Part shown: piece by piece, positions 1-8,663 of the stretch
How the letters are laid out: every line of letters begins with the position of its first letter
Numbering within the stretch: position 1 is the first letter of the stretch
Virus record (IMG/VR): IMGVR_UViG_3300012231_000038
Location: 1 to 27,122 of that record
From: a virus
Taxonomy: Duplodnaviria > Caudoviricetes
Strand: one strand, 5' to 3'
Length of the DNA: 27,122 nt
The notes under the pieces: generated by a model
Seen by the model: only the letters and a program-made list of their open reading frames with translations
What the model was told of the DNA's origin: nothing
Databases searched by the model: none
Made by a program: the position numbers and the translations under genes

Positions 1-1440
1 GAGGATCAGCGGACCGCCTGGGCAAGCTTTCGGCACACCGGACGGCGCACTCCCAGGACGATCTTCCGACTGGCGGACCAGCACTCTCTCGGATGGAGGA
101 GGCCCCCGCGCCTGCTGGCCGAGACGGCCTTCGCAGACGAGGCAGCCGCGGGGCTGATCCTGGACGTCGCCGAGGCTCGGCAAGTAACGGCTGCCGACTG
201 GATCCAGCTCGGACGCCCCGGACGGATCCAGCTCGGGCGCGGCGGGCAAGTCCTCGGGACCCTGGAGAACGCGATCCGGCTGATCGGAGTCCTGGACCTC
301 GGGCTCCAGTACGACGAGCTCGCCGACCGGGAGGTCATGACGGGCACCGGGCTGGTGCGGCTCGAGAGGACGTTCCCGAGCATCGGATGGCAGGTCGACG
401 ACCACGCCCTGACGGCGATCCGCGTCCAGCTGACCAGGAGCCGGGAGCACCCCGTCGAGCTGTCCAAGGACCAGGTCGCGGAAGCCGTGACCGCGCTGGC
501 CCTGAACCAGCGGATCAGCCCGGTGGCAGACTGGCTCAGGGGGCTTCGGTGGGACGGGATGCCCAGGATCGACACGTGGCTCCAGCGGGCCTGCGGAGTC
601 CCGGACCGCCCGTACGAGCGAGACGTCGGCAGGCTGATGCTCTGGGGCCTGGCGGCCCGGGCCCTCAGCCCCGGGGTGAAGCAGGACTGCCTGGTGGTGC
701 TCGAGGGGCCTCAAGGGATTGGCAAGTCTACCCTGCTCAAGATCCTGGCCGGCGGCGACGAGTATTACCTGGACGGGATCCCGAGCGGGGACTTGTCGGA
801 CAAGGACGTAGTGGCGTCCATCATCGGCAAGTGGGTGGTGGAGCTGACGGAACTGGAGGTGGCGAGAAAGGCGGACGCGGAGAGCTTGAAGGCCTTCCTG
901 AGCCGGACCCACGACCGAGCGCGGCTGTCGTATAAGCGAAAGGCGAAAGACTACCCCCGCCGGTGCGGCTTCGTGGGAACCACGAACAAGGAAGACTACC
1001 TGAAGGACGACACGGGGAACCGGCGATTCCTGCCCGTCCGGTGCGGCCGGGTGGACCTCGCGCTGGCGAGGACGGAGCGGGAGCAGCTGCTGGCCGAGGC
1101 GGCCATCGCATGGCAAGAGGATCCCAGGCACGAGCGCCTGTTCCTCCGAGAGGACCTGTGGGGCGAGGCCGCGAGCGAGCAGAGCCAGCGAGAGGTCGAG
1201 GAGCCCTGGACCGAATCCGTAATCCGATGGCTGGATGGCGACGGCAGGGACGTCCAGTCCGTCACCGGCCGCGACGTGCTCGAGAGCGCCGTCTTGAAGG
1301 CCAGCTCAGGGCAGACTCCTGGAGACCTGAAGCGCGTCGGGGCGATCATGCGCAGGCTCGGGTGGAGCCGGAAGCCCGTGAGGATCGGCGGATACCTCGT
1401 GAAGTCTTACGTCAGACCGACCAGACCGACAGGCAAGTAG
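1..1440 (+). CDS. Primase-helicase, VapE/VirE-family ATPase preceded by a PriCT-2-like segment (5'-truncated)
   Basis: The frame is open from base 1 (AWASFRHTGRRTPRTIFRLADQHSLGW resembles the end of PriCT-2). It has Walker A LEGPQGIGKST, VELTEL, LKAFLS...R..Y, and FVGTTNKEDYLKDDTGNRRF, all typical of VapE. Confidence 0.88.
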   Translation, partial: EDQRTAWASFRHTGRRTPRTIFRLADQHSLGWRRPPRLLAETAFADEAAAGLILDVAEARQVTAADWIQLGRPGRIQLGRGGQVLGTLENAIRLIGVLDLGLQYDELADREVMTGTGLVRLERTFPSIGWQVDDHALTAIRVQLTRSREHPVELSKDQVAEAVTALALNQRISPVADWLRGLRWDGMPRIDTWLQRACGVPDRPYERDVGRLMLWGLAARALSPGVKQDCLVVLEGPQGIGKSTLLKILAGGDEYYLDGIPSGDLSDKDVVASIIGKWVVELTELEVARKADAESLKAFLSRTHDRARLSYKRKAKDYPRRCGFVGTTNKEDYLKDDTGNRRFLPVRCGRVDLALARTEREQLLAEAAIAWQEDPRHERLFLREDLWGEAASEQSQREVEEPWTESVIRWLDGDGRDVQSVTGRDVLESAVLKASSGQTPGDLKRVGAIMRRLGWSRKPVRIGGYLVKSYVRPTRPTGK

Positions 1441-1444
1441 GGGC

Positions 1445-1645
1445 ATGCACCCGTGCATTACCTGAGCATTACCTGAGCATGTTACCTGTCTAAGTACTTA
1501 TCTCTACAGAGTGTTACCTATGTTACTTCAAGATAGATAATATATCTCTCTTAGAGTGTATAGGTAGAAGGGGTAGCAAGTGGGTAGTGTGCACGCGGGA
1601 GATTATATATGAAAACAGGGGTAACGTGAGGTAACGGGTAACAAT
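1445..1645. promoter_or_regulatory. Putative replication origin: AT-rich core flanked by inverted TTACC/GGTAAC iteron-like repeats
   Basis: TTACC occurs at 1458, 1469, 1482 and 1514. GGTAAC occurs at 1620, 1630 and 1637. This is the only strongly AT-rich stretch in the window and lies directly after the helicase gene. Confidence 0.65.
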
Positions 1646-1697
1646 CTGGGCCGAGGAGGAGCGAAGATGAGCTTCGGGTCCAACGCGTGGAGGTGCT

Positions 1698-2204
1698 GTG
1701 CCGCAAATGACTAACTGTCGTCCCGCCGGCCGAAAGCTCCAGGACCTTCCGGGGCCCCCGGCCGCGCCGCCCCGAGCCATCTCCGAGCACGTGGCGCAGG
1801 CTCAGCTGGTGGCCAGGATCCGGCTCTTCCTTCCCGGCGTCCTTGCCTTCGCCATCCCGAACGGCGGGGGCCGGACCAGCTGGGAGGGAAGCCGGCTGAA
1901 GGCCGAGGGCGTCTTGGCCGGCGTCCCGGACCTGCTCGTGGCGGAGCCCAGGTCTCCCCACGCCGGGCTCTTCCTCGAGGTGAAGAGGGCCAGAGGGGGC
2001 CGGCTGTCTCGGGCTCAGGCCGACGTGGGCCGGATCCTCCGGGAGAAGGGCTACGCGGTGGCGGTCGGCCGGGGGCTGGAAGACGCCTGGAGCCAAGTCA
2101 AGGCTTACCTGGACGACCGGGCCCACCCGGCCAGGGCGAGCTGGGGGCCGGGCGGGGCCCTGGGGACCGGGTGGGGCCCGGTGTCTGACGACCTCTTGTC
2201 GTAG
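1698..2204 (+). CDS. VRR-NUC domain nuclease (PD-(D/E)xK)
   Basis: Motifs AIPNGGGR, LKAEGVLAGVPDL, LFLEVK and LSRAQ. The start is uncertain (1698 GTG or 1707 ATG). Confidence 0.88.
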   Translation: MPQMTNCRPAGRKLQDLPGPPAAPPRAISEHVAQAQLVARIRLFLPGVLAFAIPNGGGRTSWEGSRLKAEGVLAGVPDLLVAEPRSPHAGLFLEVKRARGGRLSRAQADVGRILREKGYAVAVGRGLEDAWSQVKAYLDDRAHPARASWGPGGALGTGWGPVSDDLLS

Positions 2205-2217
2205 TACAGTAGCCCTC

Positions 2218-2667
2218 ATGAGCGACGCAGCGACCCGACTCCGAGCCCTCGGTCTCCGGCTGGCCGAATACTCCGCCTTGCTGGCGGCGGAGGCCCAGGG
2301 CCTTGCCTTGGCCGCGGCCCTCCTGGAAACTCATGAGCCCGGAGTCGTCCTCGTCATGATTCGCCAGGTGAGGCATGAGTTGCCCAAGGACGGATCCGGC
2401 TCGTCCGACTCTCTCCGCCGCCAGGGCCTGGCTCGGGCCGAGACCCACTTGGAGGAGCTGGTCCATGCCGGCAGCCAGGCCGCGCCCTTCGAGCCTGTCC
2501 TGGATGAACCTGGAGAGCGAGGGCTTGACCCGAGCCCGGGACCTGGCAAGCCCGGAGACGATCCCGGAGATCGCGGCCCCGGATGGCCCTTGAGTCCCGG
2601 GCCGACTTGCACCACGCTTGAAGAGCTGAAGCTCGAGCCTGACTATTTTCAGACGCCGCAAAAATAG
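2218..2667 (+). CDS. Hypothetical protein
   Basis: 149-aa ORF filling the gap between genes, with a TACAGT box 7 nt upstream of the ATG. Confidence 0.55.
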   Translation: MSDAATRLRALGLRLAEYSALLAAEAQGLALAAALLETHEPGVVLVMIRQVRHELPKDGSGSSDSLRRQGLARAETHLEELVHAGSQAAPFEPVLDEPGERGLDPSPGPGKPGDDPGDRGPGWPLSPGPTCTTLEELKLEPDYFQTPQK

Positions 2668-2705
2668 TGGTAAGCTTTTGGCTCCGCCTTGCCGATAAGG
2701 AGAGC

Positions 2706-2870
2706 ATGAGCAACGACGCGACGATCGACGAGCTGGAGCGGCGCCGCCTGGAGATCATGGTTCAGGTCGGTCCCAGGGATCCCCGCGGCCGCCGCTGCCC
2801 GCTTGAGCGCGAGCTCGACCGGATCAGGCTTCAGCTGCTGGCCCTGCGCCGGCAAGGGAGGACGTCGTGA
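2706..2870 (+). CDS. Small hypothetical protein
   Basis: AAGGAG SD before ATG 2706 and a GTGA overlap with the next gene. Confidence 0.6.
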   Translation: MSNDATIDELERRRLEIMVQVGPRDPRGRRCPLERELDRIRLQLLALRRQGRTS

Positions 2871-3226
2871 GGATCCAGCCCCGGCGGTGGTACCTGATTC
2901 CCGAGGTAACGGAGCTCACCGCGAGCGCCTGCGAAGACGCTCTCGAGCTCGAGCTCGTGCCCTGGACGCGCGGATCCTTCACGGCCCGACCCCCTCTCGG
3001 CGCGCGAGTCGAGAGCCGCGTCTGCGAGGTGCTCGCGCGGCACGGCATTGCCCAGCCGGGCCTCGTCCGGGCGTACTACTTCGCCGCGGTCGAGGGGCTG
3101 GCGGCCGCTCGCCTCCCTCGCTGGGAGCGCGAGCTCCGCAACTTCCGGAGCCGCGAGCTGGCCCTGCGCCGACGCGAGCCCGGCCACCATCACGGCCCGC
3201 TGCCCTGGGAAAGGAACGCGTCATGA
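2867..3226 (+). CDS. Hypothetical protein
   Basis: GTGA/ATGA coupling at both ends and GC3-rich codons. Confidence 0.6.
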   Translation: MRIQPRRWYLIPEVTELTASACEDALELELVPWTRGSFTARPPLGARVESRVCEVLARHGIAQPGLVRAYYFAAVEGLAAARLPRWERELRNFRSRELALRRREPGHHHGPLPWERNAS

Positions 3227-3585
3227 GGATCCTGAAGATCATCCTGGCCACGACGGCCCTGACCTCGCTCGCCTTCTGGGGGTGCGGGTCGTGCATGTCG
3301 GCGACCCTGCCCGTGCCGGGCGCCAGGAGCTCGGCTCAGCTGGAGGTCGCCAGCGTCCGCTGCATGGACCTGCCCACGCTCCGGGCGAGGGTGACTTGCC
3401 GGCAGATCACGATCGAGAACTTGGAGTGCGAGCGAGAGCTCAAGGTGGCGGGCGGGGACACCAGCATCTGCGGGGTGGAGTGGGATTCCAGCAAGCTACG
3501 GGCAGAAAGGGTACGGCGCAACCTCGAGATCGACGAGTGCGTCGCCAAGGGCATCTTTCCCTGTCCCTACGAGGAGAGCAAGTGA
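3223..3585 (+). CDS. Cys-rich exported protein or lipoprotein
   Basis: Signal/lipobox-like N-terminus MRILKIILATTALTSLAFWGC. ATGA-coupled start inside the 2803..3585 ORF. Confidence 0.65.
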   Translation: MRILKIILATTALTSLAFWGCGSCMSATLPVPGARSSAQLEVASVRCMDLPTLRARVTCRQITIENLECERELKVAGGDTSICGVEWDSSKLRAERVRRNLEIDECVAKGIFPCPYEESK

Positions 3586-3785
3586 GCGCGGGACCGATCA
3601 CCTACGCCTGTCGCGACTGCGGGGCTCCCGGCGAGGGTGACCGCTGGTCCGATCCCGGCCGGTGCCGGTGCTGCGGCGGGAGCCGCTGGACGGCGGCCGA
3701 AGGCGGGCCGGGCCCCCGCATGGCCCCGTCACCCCACGTCTACGAGGTCCTAATCCCCGACGGCGGGATCGACCAGAAGGCATGA
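3582..3785 (+). CDS. Small zinc-ribbon protein
   Basis: YACRDCG...RCRCCGGSRW (two CxxC motifs) and a GTGA-coupled start. Confidence 0.6.
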   Translation: MSAGPITYACRDCGAPGEGDRWSDPGRCRCCGGSRWTAAEGGPGPRMAPSPHVYEVLIPDGGIDQKA

Positions 3786-3788
3786 TTC

Positions 3789-3959
3789 ATGTCCCGTCTT
3801 CCCTGGAAGTCCATTGCCGAGCTGGCGCTCAAGCGCGTGGACGAGCTCGAGGCTCGCGAGGTTCTGTGGCGCGAGGCGATCAGCCTCATCGAGGTCCTCG
3901 ACTATGCCGACTTCGAGCGGATCGTCGAGCTGCGCTGCCAGCTGGACGCCAAGCTGTGA
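3789..3959 (+). CDS. Small hypothetical protein (56 aa, absent from the ORF track)
   Basis: Translates as MSRLPWKSIAELALKRVDELEARE...QLDAKL. GC3-rich, with a GTGA overlap with the next gene. Confidence 0.6.
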   Translation: MSRLPWKSIAELALKRVDELEAREVLWREAISLIEVLDYADFERIVELRCQLDAKL

Positions 3960-4330
3960 TCGACGGAGCTCCCCTCTCTGGCGAGCGCGACTTCCTGGCC
4001 GCCTTCCTGCGGCAGGCCGTGGAAGACCTCCGGGCGAGCGCGTGCGTTCGAGAGGTCGGATCCTCGCTCCGCTTCTTCTCCGTGCCGGCCGGCAACCTCG
4101 AGTGGATCACGGCGGCGCTCGGGCTCGACGTCCAGGCCGTGAGGGACGGCGCGGCCAGGGTCGCCAGGCTCCGGCTCGAGGGCCTGATCAAGAACCCCTC
4201 GCAAGACCCGTGCTCGAGCCCTTCGGCCATCAGCGATGCCGGAGGTGGCCGGCTCACTGGGAACCCAGTCGGCCGCGCCGCCCAGGCCCGCGAGGTGCTG
4301 GCGAGGTACCTCGGCCGCCCGTGGGGGTGA
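3956..4330 (+). CDS. Hypothetical phage protein
   Basis: Coupled GTG start and a helical pattern LAAFLRQAVEDL...RFF...WITAALGLDVQAVR. Confidence 0.6.
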   Translation: MIDGAPLSGERDFLAAFLRQAVEDLRASACVREVGSSLRFFSVPAGNLEWITAALGLDVQAVRDGAARVARLRLEGLIKNPSQDPCSSPSAISDAGGGRLTGNPVGRAAQAREVLARYLGRPWG

Positions 4331-4345
4331 GGTAAGATCTCCGCC

Positions 4346-4549
4346 ATGGAGCCGAAGGCCGTAGCTCAGGGAGAAGTCGACGACCAGCACTTCCTCGTGA
4401 GGACTGGTCCCGGAATGGGTCGGGTCGTGGACCTGGGACGGAGCTTTGCCCACCCAGAGCACGGCCTCGACTCCATCTTGGCCCGGGGCTACTGGAGCGA
4501 GGTGCGCGATTCCGGGGCCGCTCGGCAGGCGGAGAGGCTCGCGAAGTGA
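4346..4549 (+). CDS. Small hypothetical protein
   Basis: TAAGAT box 7 nt before the ATG, coupled to the small terminase. Contains SILARGYW. Confidence 0.65.
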   Translation: MEPKAVAQGEVDDQHFLVRTGPGMGRVVDLGRSFAHPEHGLDSILARGYWSEVRDSGAARQAERLAK

Positions 4550-5058
4550 CGACGCACAAGACGCGAATCAACGCTCTTCGGGTCACGCAGCGGCTCCAGT
4601 ACGAGGCGCACAACCTCCTCTTTGGCGAGCCCGTTCGGGCCGAGTCCAAGTACGACCCGCTGATCCACCCGGCCGCGCTGCTGGAATACTTCGGCGCCCC
4701 CTTCAAGGCCCTGGAAGAGGGGAGCCGCAACGAACGCTTCTTCGACAAGCACGGCCGGGTCGCGTTCAGCCGGATGCCCGTGGACCCGCCCACCGTCGCC
4801 GGCTTCGCCGCCAAGATGGGCACCTGCAGGGAGACCATCTGGTCGTGGGGGAAGATCTACACCGAGTTCGGCCAGGCCCTCGCCGTGGCGAAGTCGATGC
4901 AAGAGCACCTGATCGTGGCCCTGGGCTCGACTGGCGCCTACGACCCGCGCTTCGCCAGTATGATGATGAAGAACTATGGCGACTGGCAAGACAAGATCGA
5001 GCAGAACCTCCGGGGCTCGGTGACCCTGCACTTCGACCTCGAGGACCAGCGGGCGTGA
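4546..5058 (+). CDS. terS: Terminase small subunit
   Basis: Motifs SKYDP, PTVAGFA..MG..RETIWSW, EF.QA...AK..QE and MKN..DWQDK.E, upstream of terL. Confidence 0.85.
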   Translation: MTTHKTRINALRVTQRLQYEAHNLLFGEPVRAESKYDPLIHPAALLEYFGAPFKALEEGSRNERFFDKHGRVAFSRMPVDPPTVAGFAAKMGTCRETIWSWGKIYTEFGQALAVAKSMQEHLIVALGSTGAYDPRFASMMMKNYGDWQDKIEQNLRGSVTLHFDLEDQRA

Positions 5059-5399
5059 GGCCCGGCGGCATGGACGGCTGGGACGGAAATGGCCGGGGCC
5101 CCACCTCGCCCGTGGTGCTGGCCGGGCTCCGGCGCCGCAGCACCGAGCGCCTCCACGACCTCGCGAGGCGGCTTCCGAAGGTCGGGTCCAGCCCGGACCA
5201 GGCGGCCAGGCAGCAGGACCTGACTCGGGCCTTCCTGCGGATCCTGGAGCTGGTCGAGGCGCAGTGCCCGATCGGGCCCGAGCTCGAGGCCGCGGTCGCC
5301 CACCTCGCTCAGGCCCGCCAGGCAGCCGGCGACGCGATCGACCGGGAAGTCCAGCCGGTCCAGCCGGCGCCCAAGCCCGAGGCGAGCTCGGCCCGGTGA
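5055..5399 (+). CDS. Hypothetical protein with an Acb2/Tad1-like helical hairpin
   Basis: GTGA-coupled at both ends (alternative start 5070). Pattern DQxxR-x18-CPxxxE..A...L..A...A..AI.R. Confidence 0.55.
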   Translation: MRPGGMDGWDGNGRGPTSPVVLAGLRRRSTERLHDLARRLPKVGSSPDQAARQQDLTRAFLRILELVEAQCPIGPELEAAVAHLAQARQAAGDAIDREVQPVQPAPKPEASSAR

Positions 5400-6721
5400 C
5401 CGCGCCGATCCTGCAAGTCGTCGAGGCCGCCGAGCAGCGAGATCAGTGGCGGGGCAAGCCGTTCCGCAAGACTGAGCGACAGGCGGAGGCCTGCGTCCAC
5501 CTCAACTCCAACCGGCACGTGCTCCTCGACGGGGGCTCGCGCTCGGGCAAGACGTTCCTGATCGTCCGCAACGTCTTCCTGAGGGCCGTCAAGCGGTCGT
5601 CTCGCCACCTCCTCGTCCGCTACCGGTACAACCACGCCCGGGTCAGCCTCGGCCACGACACCATCCCCAACGTCCTGGCCGCTTGCTTTCCCGGGCTCCC
5701 GGTCCGCGAAAACAAGGCCGACGGGTACTGGGTCGTCCCGGCCGCCGGCGGGGGCGAGAGCCAGGTCTGGCTCGGGGGCACGGACGACCGAGAGCGCGCG
5801 GAGAAGGTCCTCGGCTCCGAGTTCTCGACCATCTTCTTCAACGAGTGCAGCCAGGTCCCGTTCGACGTGATCCCGACGTTCTGGACCCGCCTCGCGGAGA
5901 AGTCGGGCCTCGCTCAGCGCTGCTACTACGACTCGAACCCGCCCGGCATCAAGCACTGGACGCGCCGGCTGTTCTACGACAAGGTGCTCCCGACCGGGGA
6001 AGCGTGGGACGCGAAGTCCGCGGTGTTCAAGATGAACCCGGCCGACAACGCCGAGAACCTGGACCCCGACTACCTGAAGAGCCTGGCCTCGCTTCCGCGC
6101 CGGCAGCGGCTCCGCTTCCTCGAGGGCCAGTACCTGGCGGACGTCGAGGGCGCCTTGTGGACGGACCAGATGATCGTGAGGGCCAAGCTGCGCGAGCCCG
6201 GCACGATCCGCAGGACCGTGGTGGCCGTCGACCCCAGCGTCTCGCACTCGGCCACGTCGGACGAGTGCGGGATCTTGGTGTGCAGCGAGGACCAGCACCC
6301 CGACCAGCAGCCCGGGGGCGTCGTGCACGGCGACTTCAGCGGGAAGTTTTCCACCAGGGACTGGGCTCAGCGGGTCGTGGCCCTGTACCACTCGTACGGA
6401 GCCAACGAGGTGGTGGCGGAGAAGAACCAGGGTGGCGACCTCGTGAGGGACGCCATCCACGGCGTGGACCGGGACGTCAGGGTCGAGCTCGTCCACGCTT
6501 CCAAGGGCAAGGACGTCAGGGCCGAGCCCGTGTCCATGCTCTACGAGCAGGGCCGAGTCAGCCACTTGCGCCCGGAGCCGGAGCTCGAGGCGGAGCTGAC
6601 GGAGTGGGTGCCCAGGGGTCCGGACCGGTCGGGCTTCAGCCCGAACCGGCTCGACGCCCTGGTGTGGGGGTTCACTCGCCTCCTGGTGGGCCAGCAGAGG
6701 ACGCGGTTCCACGTGGGGTAG
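5396..6721 (+). CDS. terL: Terminase large subunit
   Basis: Walker A GGSRSGKT, Walker B IFFNE, motif III DSNP, nuclease motifs VAVDP, AEKNQGG and SPNRLDALVWG. Confidence 0.95.
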   Translation: MTAPILQVVEAAEQRDQWRGKPFRKTERQAEACVHLNSNRHVLLDGGSRSGKTFLIVRNVFLRAVKRSSRHLLVRYRYNHARVSLGHDTIPNVLAACFPGLPVRENKADGYWVVPAAGGGESQVWLGGTDDRERAEKVLGSEFSTIFFNECSQVPFDVIPTFWTRLAEKSGLAQRCYYDSNPPGIKHWTRRLFYDKVLPTGEAWDAKSAVFKMNPADNAENLDPDYLKSLASLPRRQRLRFLEGQYLADVEGALWTDQMIVRAKLREPGTIRRTVVAVDPSVSHSATSDECGILVCSEDQHPDQQPGGVVHGDFSGKFSTRDWAQRVVALYHSYGANEVVAEKNQGGDLVRDAIHGVDRDVRVELVHASKGKDVRAEPVSMLYEQGRVSHLRPEPELEAELTEWVPRGPDRSGFSPNRLDALVWGFTRLLVGQQRTRFHVG

Positions 6722-6768
6722 CGGGGCGAGGTACGATCGCTTCCAGCACCCTCGGAGATCCTCCCAAG

Positions 6769-8151
6769 ATGCGCTGGCCCTGGAACCGTCGTCCTGAGCT
6801 GAAGCGGGCCGTCGAGCGCAAGGCCGTGCTGGGGACGACGAAGTCTCTCGGGTCCTTCCTCGCCTTCGACCCGGGCGGCGCCAGCACTCCTTCTCAGGCC
6901 CTCGCCCTCTACGAGGAGTCGACCACGGTCAGCGTCCCCATCAACATGGTGGCGGACGCGTTCTCGGTGCTGGTCCCCGTGCTCCAGGTCGGCGACAAGG
7001 TCGTCAGGGAGCACCCGGTCCTCGATCTCCTCCGCAGGCCCAGCCCGTGGCACGACCGGCTCCTGTTCCTCGAGGTCCTGTCCAAGAACTATCTCGTCAC
7101 GGGCGAGCTCCACGTAGTGGCCCTGGGCGCCGTCGCCCAGCCTCCCAAGGAGCTCCATCCCGTGAGCCCGAAGTCGATGACTCCGGTCAGGGCTTCCGAG
7201 GGCGACTGGGCGGCCAGGTGGCTCTGCTCCGGCACGACGCTTCCCGGCGCGTACGAGTCGACGCCCGTCCGCGCGGGCCGGGAAGTCAGATACTACGACG
7301 GACCTCTCCGGGAGCTCTGGACGACCCGCAACTTCTCGACCAGGGACAACTCCCTCCTCAGGGGCCAGTCGCTCCTCGTCTCCGCGGCGAGGGAGGCTCG
7401 CCAGTCGATCCTGGGCGCGGCCCACAACGTGAGCCTCCTGGAGAAGGGGGGCCGCGTCAGTCTCGTGTTTCACTTTGCCGAGGACATGAACGAGGACGAC
7501 TTCGAGGAGGTGAAGGAGCGCGTGCGCCTCCAGTACGGGGGCGCCTCTCAGGCCGGCGAGATCGGCGTCACCGCCGGGGGCAAGCTCGACATCAAGGAAG
7601 TCGGCGTCAACAACAAGGACATGGACTTCGCCCGGCTGGAGATGATGGCGAAGAAGGCCCTGGCCCTCCAGTACCACGTGCCCCTTCCCCTCGTCTCGGA
7701 CGAGCGCATGACGTTCAACAACTACGCCGAGGCCAAGCTGGCCCTGTACGACGACGCGGTGATTCCCCTCGCCGGCAAAGTCCTGGGCTCCCTCTCGGAC
7801 TTCCTGCTCCCGCGCTACGGGATGGACCCGGCCAAGGCGCGGCTCACGTTCGACCAGGAGCAAGTGACGGCCCTGGTCACCAGGCGCAACAAGGAGCTTC
7901 TCGACCGCAAGGCCGTGGGCGTCGAGAGCCACAACGAGCTCCGGTCCCTCTTGGGCCGCGAGCCGTACGAGGGCGGCGACGTCGTCCTGGTCCCCGCCAA
8001 CATGGTGCCCGCCGGCACCGACCTCTTCACCAGGGACAACGAGCCCGACAGGATCGAACCGAGCGGGGGAGCGAGCCGACCCGGCAAGGTACCCGAGGAA
8101 CCGACCGAGTCCGAGGCCGTGGAGGACGCGGACGAAGGGAGCGAGGAGTGA
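6769..8151 (+). CDS. Portal protein, HK97 family
   Basis: Motifs HPVLDLLRRP, G.S.L, KDMDF, YHVPLPLV, TFNNY..A..ALY and NELR.LLG.EP.EGGD, directly after terL. Confidence 0.93.
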   Translation: MRWPWNRRPELKRAVERKAVLGTTKSLGSFLAFDPGGASTPSQALALYEESTTVSVPINMVADAFSVLVPVLQVGDKVVREHPVLDLLRRPSPWHDRLLFLEVLSKNYLVTGELHVVALGAVAQPPKELHPVSPKSMTPVRASEGDWAARWLCSGTTLPGAYESTPVRAGREVRYYDGPLRELWTTRNFSTRDNSLLRGQSLLVSAAREARQSILGAAHNVSLLEKGGRVSLVFHFAEDMNEDDFEEVKERVRLQYGGASQAGEIGVTAGGKLDIKEVGVNNKDMDFARLEMMAKKALALQYHVPLPLVSDERMTFNNYAEAKLALYDDAVIPLAGKVLGSLSDFLLPRYGMDPAKARLTFDQEQVTALVTRRNKELLDRKAVGVESHNELRSLLGREPYEGGDVVLVPANMVPAGTDLFTRDNEPDRIEPSGGASRPGKVPEEPTESEAVEDADEGSEE

Positions 8152-8663
8152 GTGACGAGCTCGAGCGACAGGCTCGTTCTGCCGGCCGCGCTCGAGCCTG
8201 GTCAGACATCGCCCACATCGCTGGCTGGCCGGCCGACATCCGCCTGATCGTAGAAGACCGAGCTGAAGTCACCCGGAAATCGCTCCTGGCAGCGATCGCG
8301 GCGGTCACCCTCGCCATCTCGGGCTGCGTGCACCAGCCTCCGCTCGCGCCTCCGTGGATTCAGACCGCGGCCATGGCCCGGTGCGCGGCGCGCGGGCAGC
8401 CCATTCCCGCCAGGCCGTTCCGCACGGACGGGTGCACGGGCTGGCCCGACCGAGCCTGGCTCAGCTGCTGCGTCGAGCACGACCTCGACTACTGGTGCGG
8501 GGGGCGACCCCAGATGCGGTGGGACTCGGACAAGCGGCTCCTCGCCTGCCTGTCGCTCCGGGGCTGTGGCGGCGCGGCCGGCTTGACTGCCTGGGCCGGG
8601 GTCCGAGTCCTCGGCGTTCCCTGGCTGCCCACGCGGTGGCGCTGGGGGTGGGGTGCCGACTGA
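8148..8663 (+). CDS. Phospholipase A2-like lipoprotein
   Basis: Pattern FRTDGCT...CCVEHDLDYWCGG...R..SD..L..C...GVR...RWGWG, and an internal lipobox LAISGC. Confidence 0.72.
   Translation: MSDELERQARSAGRARAWSDIAHIAGWPADIRLIVEDRAEVTRKSLLAAIAAVTLAISGCVHQPPLAPPWIQTAAMARCAARGQPIPARPFRTDGCTGWPDRAWLSCCVEHDLDYWCGGRPQMRWDSDKRLLACLSLRGCGGAAGLTAWAGVRVLGVPWLPTRWRWGWGAD

Noticed and set aside
200-236. 13-bp direct repeat GGATCCAGCTCGG x2
   Set aside because: It is an in-frame 8-aa micro-duplication in a helicase linker, not a CRISPR or att site.
1653-1714. 15-codon ORF (ATG 1667) after GAGGAGGAG
   Set aside because: It is too short to support, and the purine run could be incidental or a remnant.
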